DNA of 64,000 nucleotides from Scenedesmus sp. PABB004 (taxonomy: Eukaryota). Below, in pieces: positions 61,970-64,000 of the stretch. A program made the position numbers and the translations under genes. The DNA lies in contig JABVCE010000004.1 of NCBI GenBank assembly GCA_014905635.1, forward strand, positions 310,001 through 374,000, given 5' to 3'. Each line of letters begins with the position of its first letter. The first letter of the stretch is position 1. The notes beneath the pieces are model-generated. The model was not told the DNA's origin. It made no database searches and saw nothing but the letters and a program-made list of their open reading frames with translations.

Positions 61970-64000
61970 ATGGCACACAGACGCTGTGAGCTGCGCATTC
62001 CCGCGGCGTGCGGGCTGCTCCTGCTCATGATCGCGGCAGCAGCAGCTGCCGTCTGCCCGAACATCGAGCGAGCGGACAAGCACTTCACGCTGACGGCCTC
62101 CGACTACAAGCTCAAGCTGCCCAACAACGCCACCGTGGCCCAGAAGGCGTACAACGACAGCGTGGTGGGGCCTCCCCTGATCTTCGACCTCGGCGACGAC
62201 GTCTCCATCGATGTCACCAACAACCTCGACTCCGCACGTGAGACCGGGTGCAGGCTGCTGCGCTCGACCCCCTGCAGCGGCCGCCACCGGCCCGCGCGCG
62301 CCTGCCGCCGCGCCGCGCCACGGCGTCACCCGCCGCCGCTGCTGACCGCGCGCTGCGTGCCGGCCGCCGTCGCCGCCGCCGCCGCGCAGCCACGAGCGTG
62401 CACTGGCACGGCCTCCTGCAGCGCAACACGTCGTGGGCGGACGGCGTCGACACCGTGAGCCACTCCGCGTTTGAGCCGGGGGAGACGTTCCGCTACCGAT
62501 TCACCGCCGAGCCCGCGGGCACGTTCTGGTACCACGCCCACACGGGCGAGCAGTTTGCCGACGGCCTGCGCGGGCCGCTCATCATCCGGGTGCGCGCCGC
62601 CGCGCCGCCGCGCTGCCGCACGCGGCCCGCGCCGCGCCCTGGGCGCCCGCCGCGCCGCCGCCGCGCCAACGGCCCGCGCGCCGGCCTCCCGCGCCGCCAG
62701 GACCCCGCCGACCCCTACAAGGGGCAGTACGATGACGAGGTGGTGCTGATGCTGTACGACCAGTCCAACCAGACAGCCGATGACCTCCAGCGCCAGCTCG
62801 TCTCGGTGCGACCCCCGGCCGCGCCCCGCAGCGCCGCGCCCCGCAGCGCGCCATGCAGCGCCCCGCAGCGCGCCACACCGCGCTGCGCCGCCGCCGCCGC
62901 CGCCGCCGCGGCGCGCAGGGCGAGGCGCGCATGCGCATGGGCCTGTGCGACGGCGAGGCGCCGGCGCGCGACTACAGCGACATCCCTTACTTCAGCATCT
63001 TCACAAACGGGCAGGGCTGGGTGCGCGACGAGGACACCGGCGCCGCGCTCGGCGCGCCGCACGTCATCACGGTGCGCCGCCGTCCGCCGCCTCCCGCCGC
63101 CGCCGCGCCCGGCGCGCGGGCCGCGCCGCGCCCCGCCCCCGCCCCCGCCCCCGCCGCCGCCGCCGCGCCCGCCCCGACCCGAGCCGCCGCTGCCGCCGCC
63201 CCCCGCGCCACGCCGCGCCGCCGCCGCGCCGGTGCGCCGCGTGCAGGTGAAGAAGGGTCGGCGCTACCGCTTCCGCACGATCCAGGGCTCTGCGAGCTGG
63301 GGCCTCAAGTTTGCGCCGCTGAACCACAGCATGACGATCATCGCCGTCGACGGCGCCAACGTCGCGCCCACGCCCGCGCGCGGGTTCATCGTCAACCCCG
63401 GCGAGCGCGTGGACTTCCTGCTCACCGCCAACCAGCCGGTGCGTGTGGGGGGGTGTGGGTGTGGGGAGGGAGGGGGGGGGAGCAGCGCGGCGGCGCAGCG
63501 GCGCAGCGGCGGCCGCGCCCGCCCAGCAGGCCGCCCCTCGCGCCGCGCCCGCCCGCACCCGCGCCCCACACGCGCGCCCCACGCGCCCGCCACCGCAGGT
63601 CGGCAACTACTGGATCAACGTCGCCGCGCTGCCCGGCTTCAACTCGCCCGCCGTGCTGCACTACGAGGGCGCGCCGCCGCCGGCGTCCGACCCCAAGCTC
63701 GGCAAGCCGACGCTCGACCTCGGGTGCCGCTATCAGCTGGAGACGGAGGGCGTAGTTGACTTCAAGGACACCACGCTGCCCCCGCACAAGGGCACGCCGC
63801 CGCCGCCGCCCAAGCCGACCGTGGCGCACGTGGTGTACCTCACCGACAACGCCGTGCCCAGCATGGGCCAGGCCGACGTGCTCGGCCCCAACGGCACCAT
63901 CCTCGGCCTCGCGCCCGGGGTGCGCGCGGCGCCTGCGTTTGCGCGCGCGCCCGCGGCGCGCACCGCGCCCACGCCGCGCGCCGCCGCAGGTGTCGCCAAG
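61970..64000 (+). CDS. Secreted multicopper oxidase (laccase/ascorbate oxidase/ferroxidase-like), runs off the window
   Basis: Signal peptide, Cu ligands TSVHWHG and GTFWYHAH, GLRGPLII, VKKGRRYRFR, IIAVDG, PGERVDFLL. Confidence 0.92.

Overview
Gene-dense, extremely GC-rich (about 75-80% by eye) eukaryotic nuclear DNA with short spliceosomal introns and TGTAA poly(A) signals. This points to a chlorophyte green alga, possibly Chlorophyceae/Sphaeropleales (inference). Most long ORFs in the track are GC-shadow frames. About 22 real genes can be rebuilt from motif-bearing exons: PILS-like transporter, PLP3/TXNDC9, acylphosphatase, peroxisomal citrate synthase, TRX-z-like thioredoxin, Cu P1B-ATPase, KCS, CFAP65, hnRNP F/H-like, RPS3, PRP40C/TCERG1-like, sulfite reductase, TEDC1-like, an orphan GT-like protein, UGT, nucleotide-sugar transporter, a divergent SMC, ureidoglycolate amidohydrolase, two tandem bestrophin-like genes and a multicopper oxidase. 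Three things stand out. (1) A Fanzor/TnpB-type RuvC nuclease region (32060-33121, minus) has an intact D-E-D triad and a Zn finger. A hairpin-dense candidate omegaRNA lies just downstream, and an apparently host-derived N-terminus is one base out of frame. (2) A roughly 600-bp inverted duplication gives the Cu-ATPase and the unrelated PRP40C-like gene the same promoter and the same in-frame first exon. (3) GC-AG introns are strikingly frequent. All assignments come from motif recognition, with no database searches, and exon boundaries are manual predictions.
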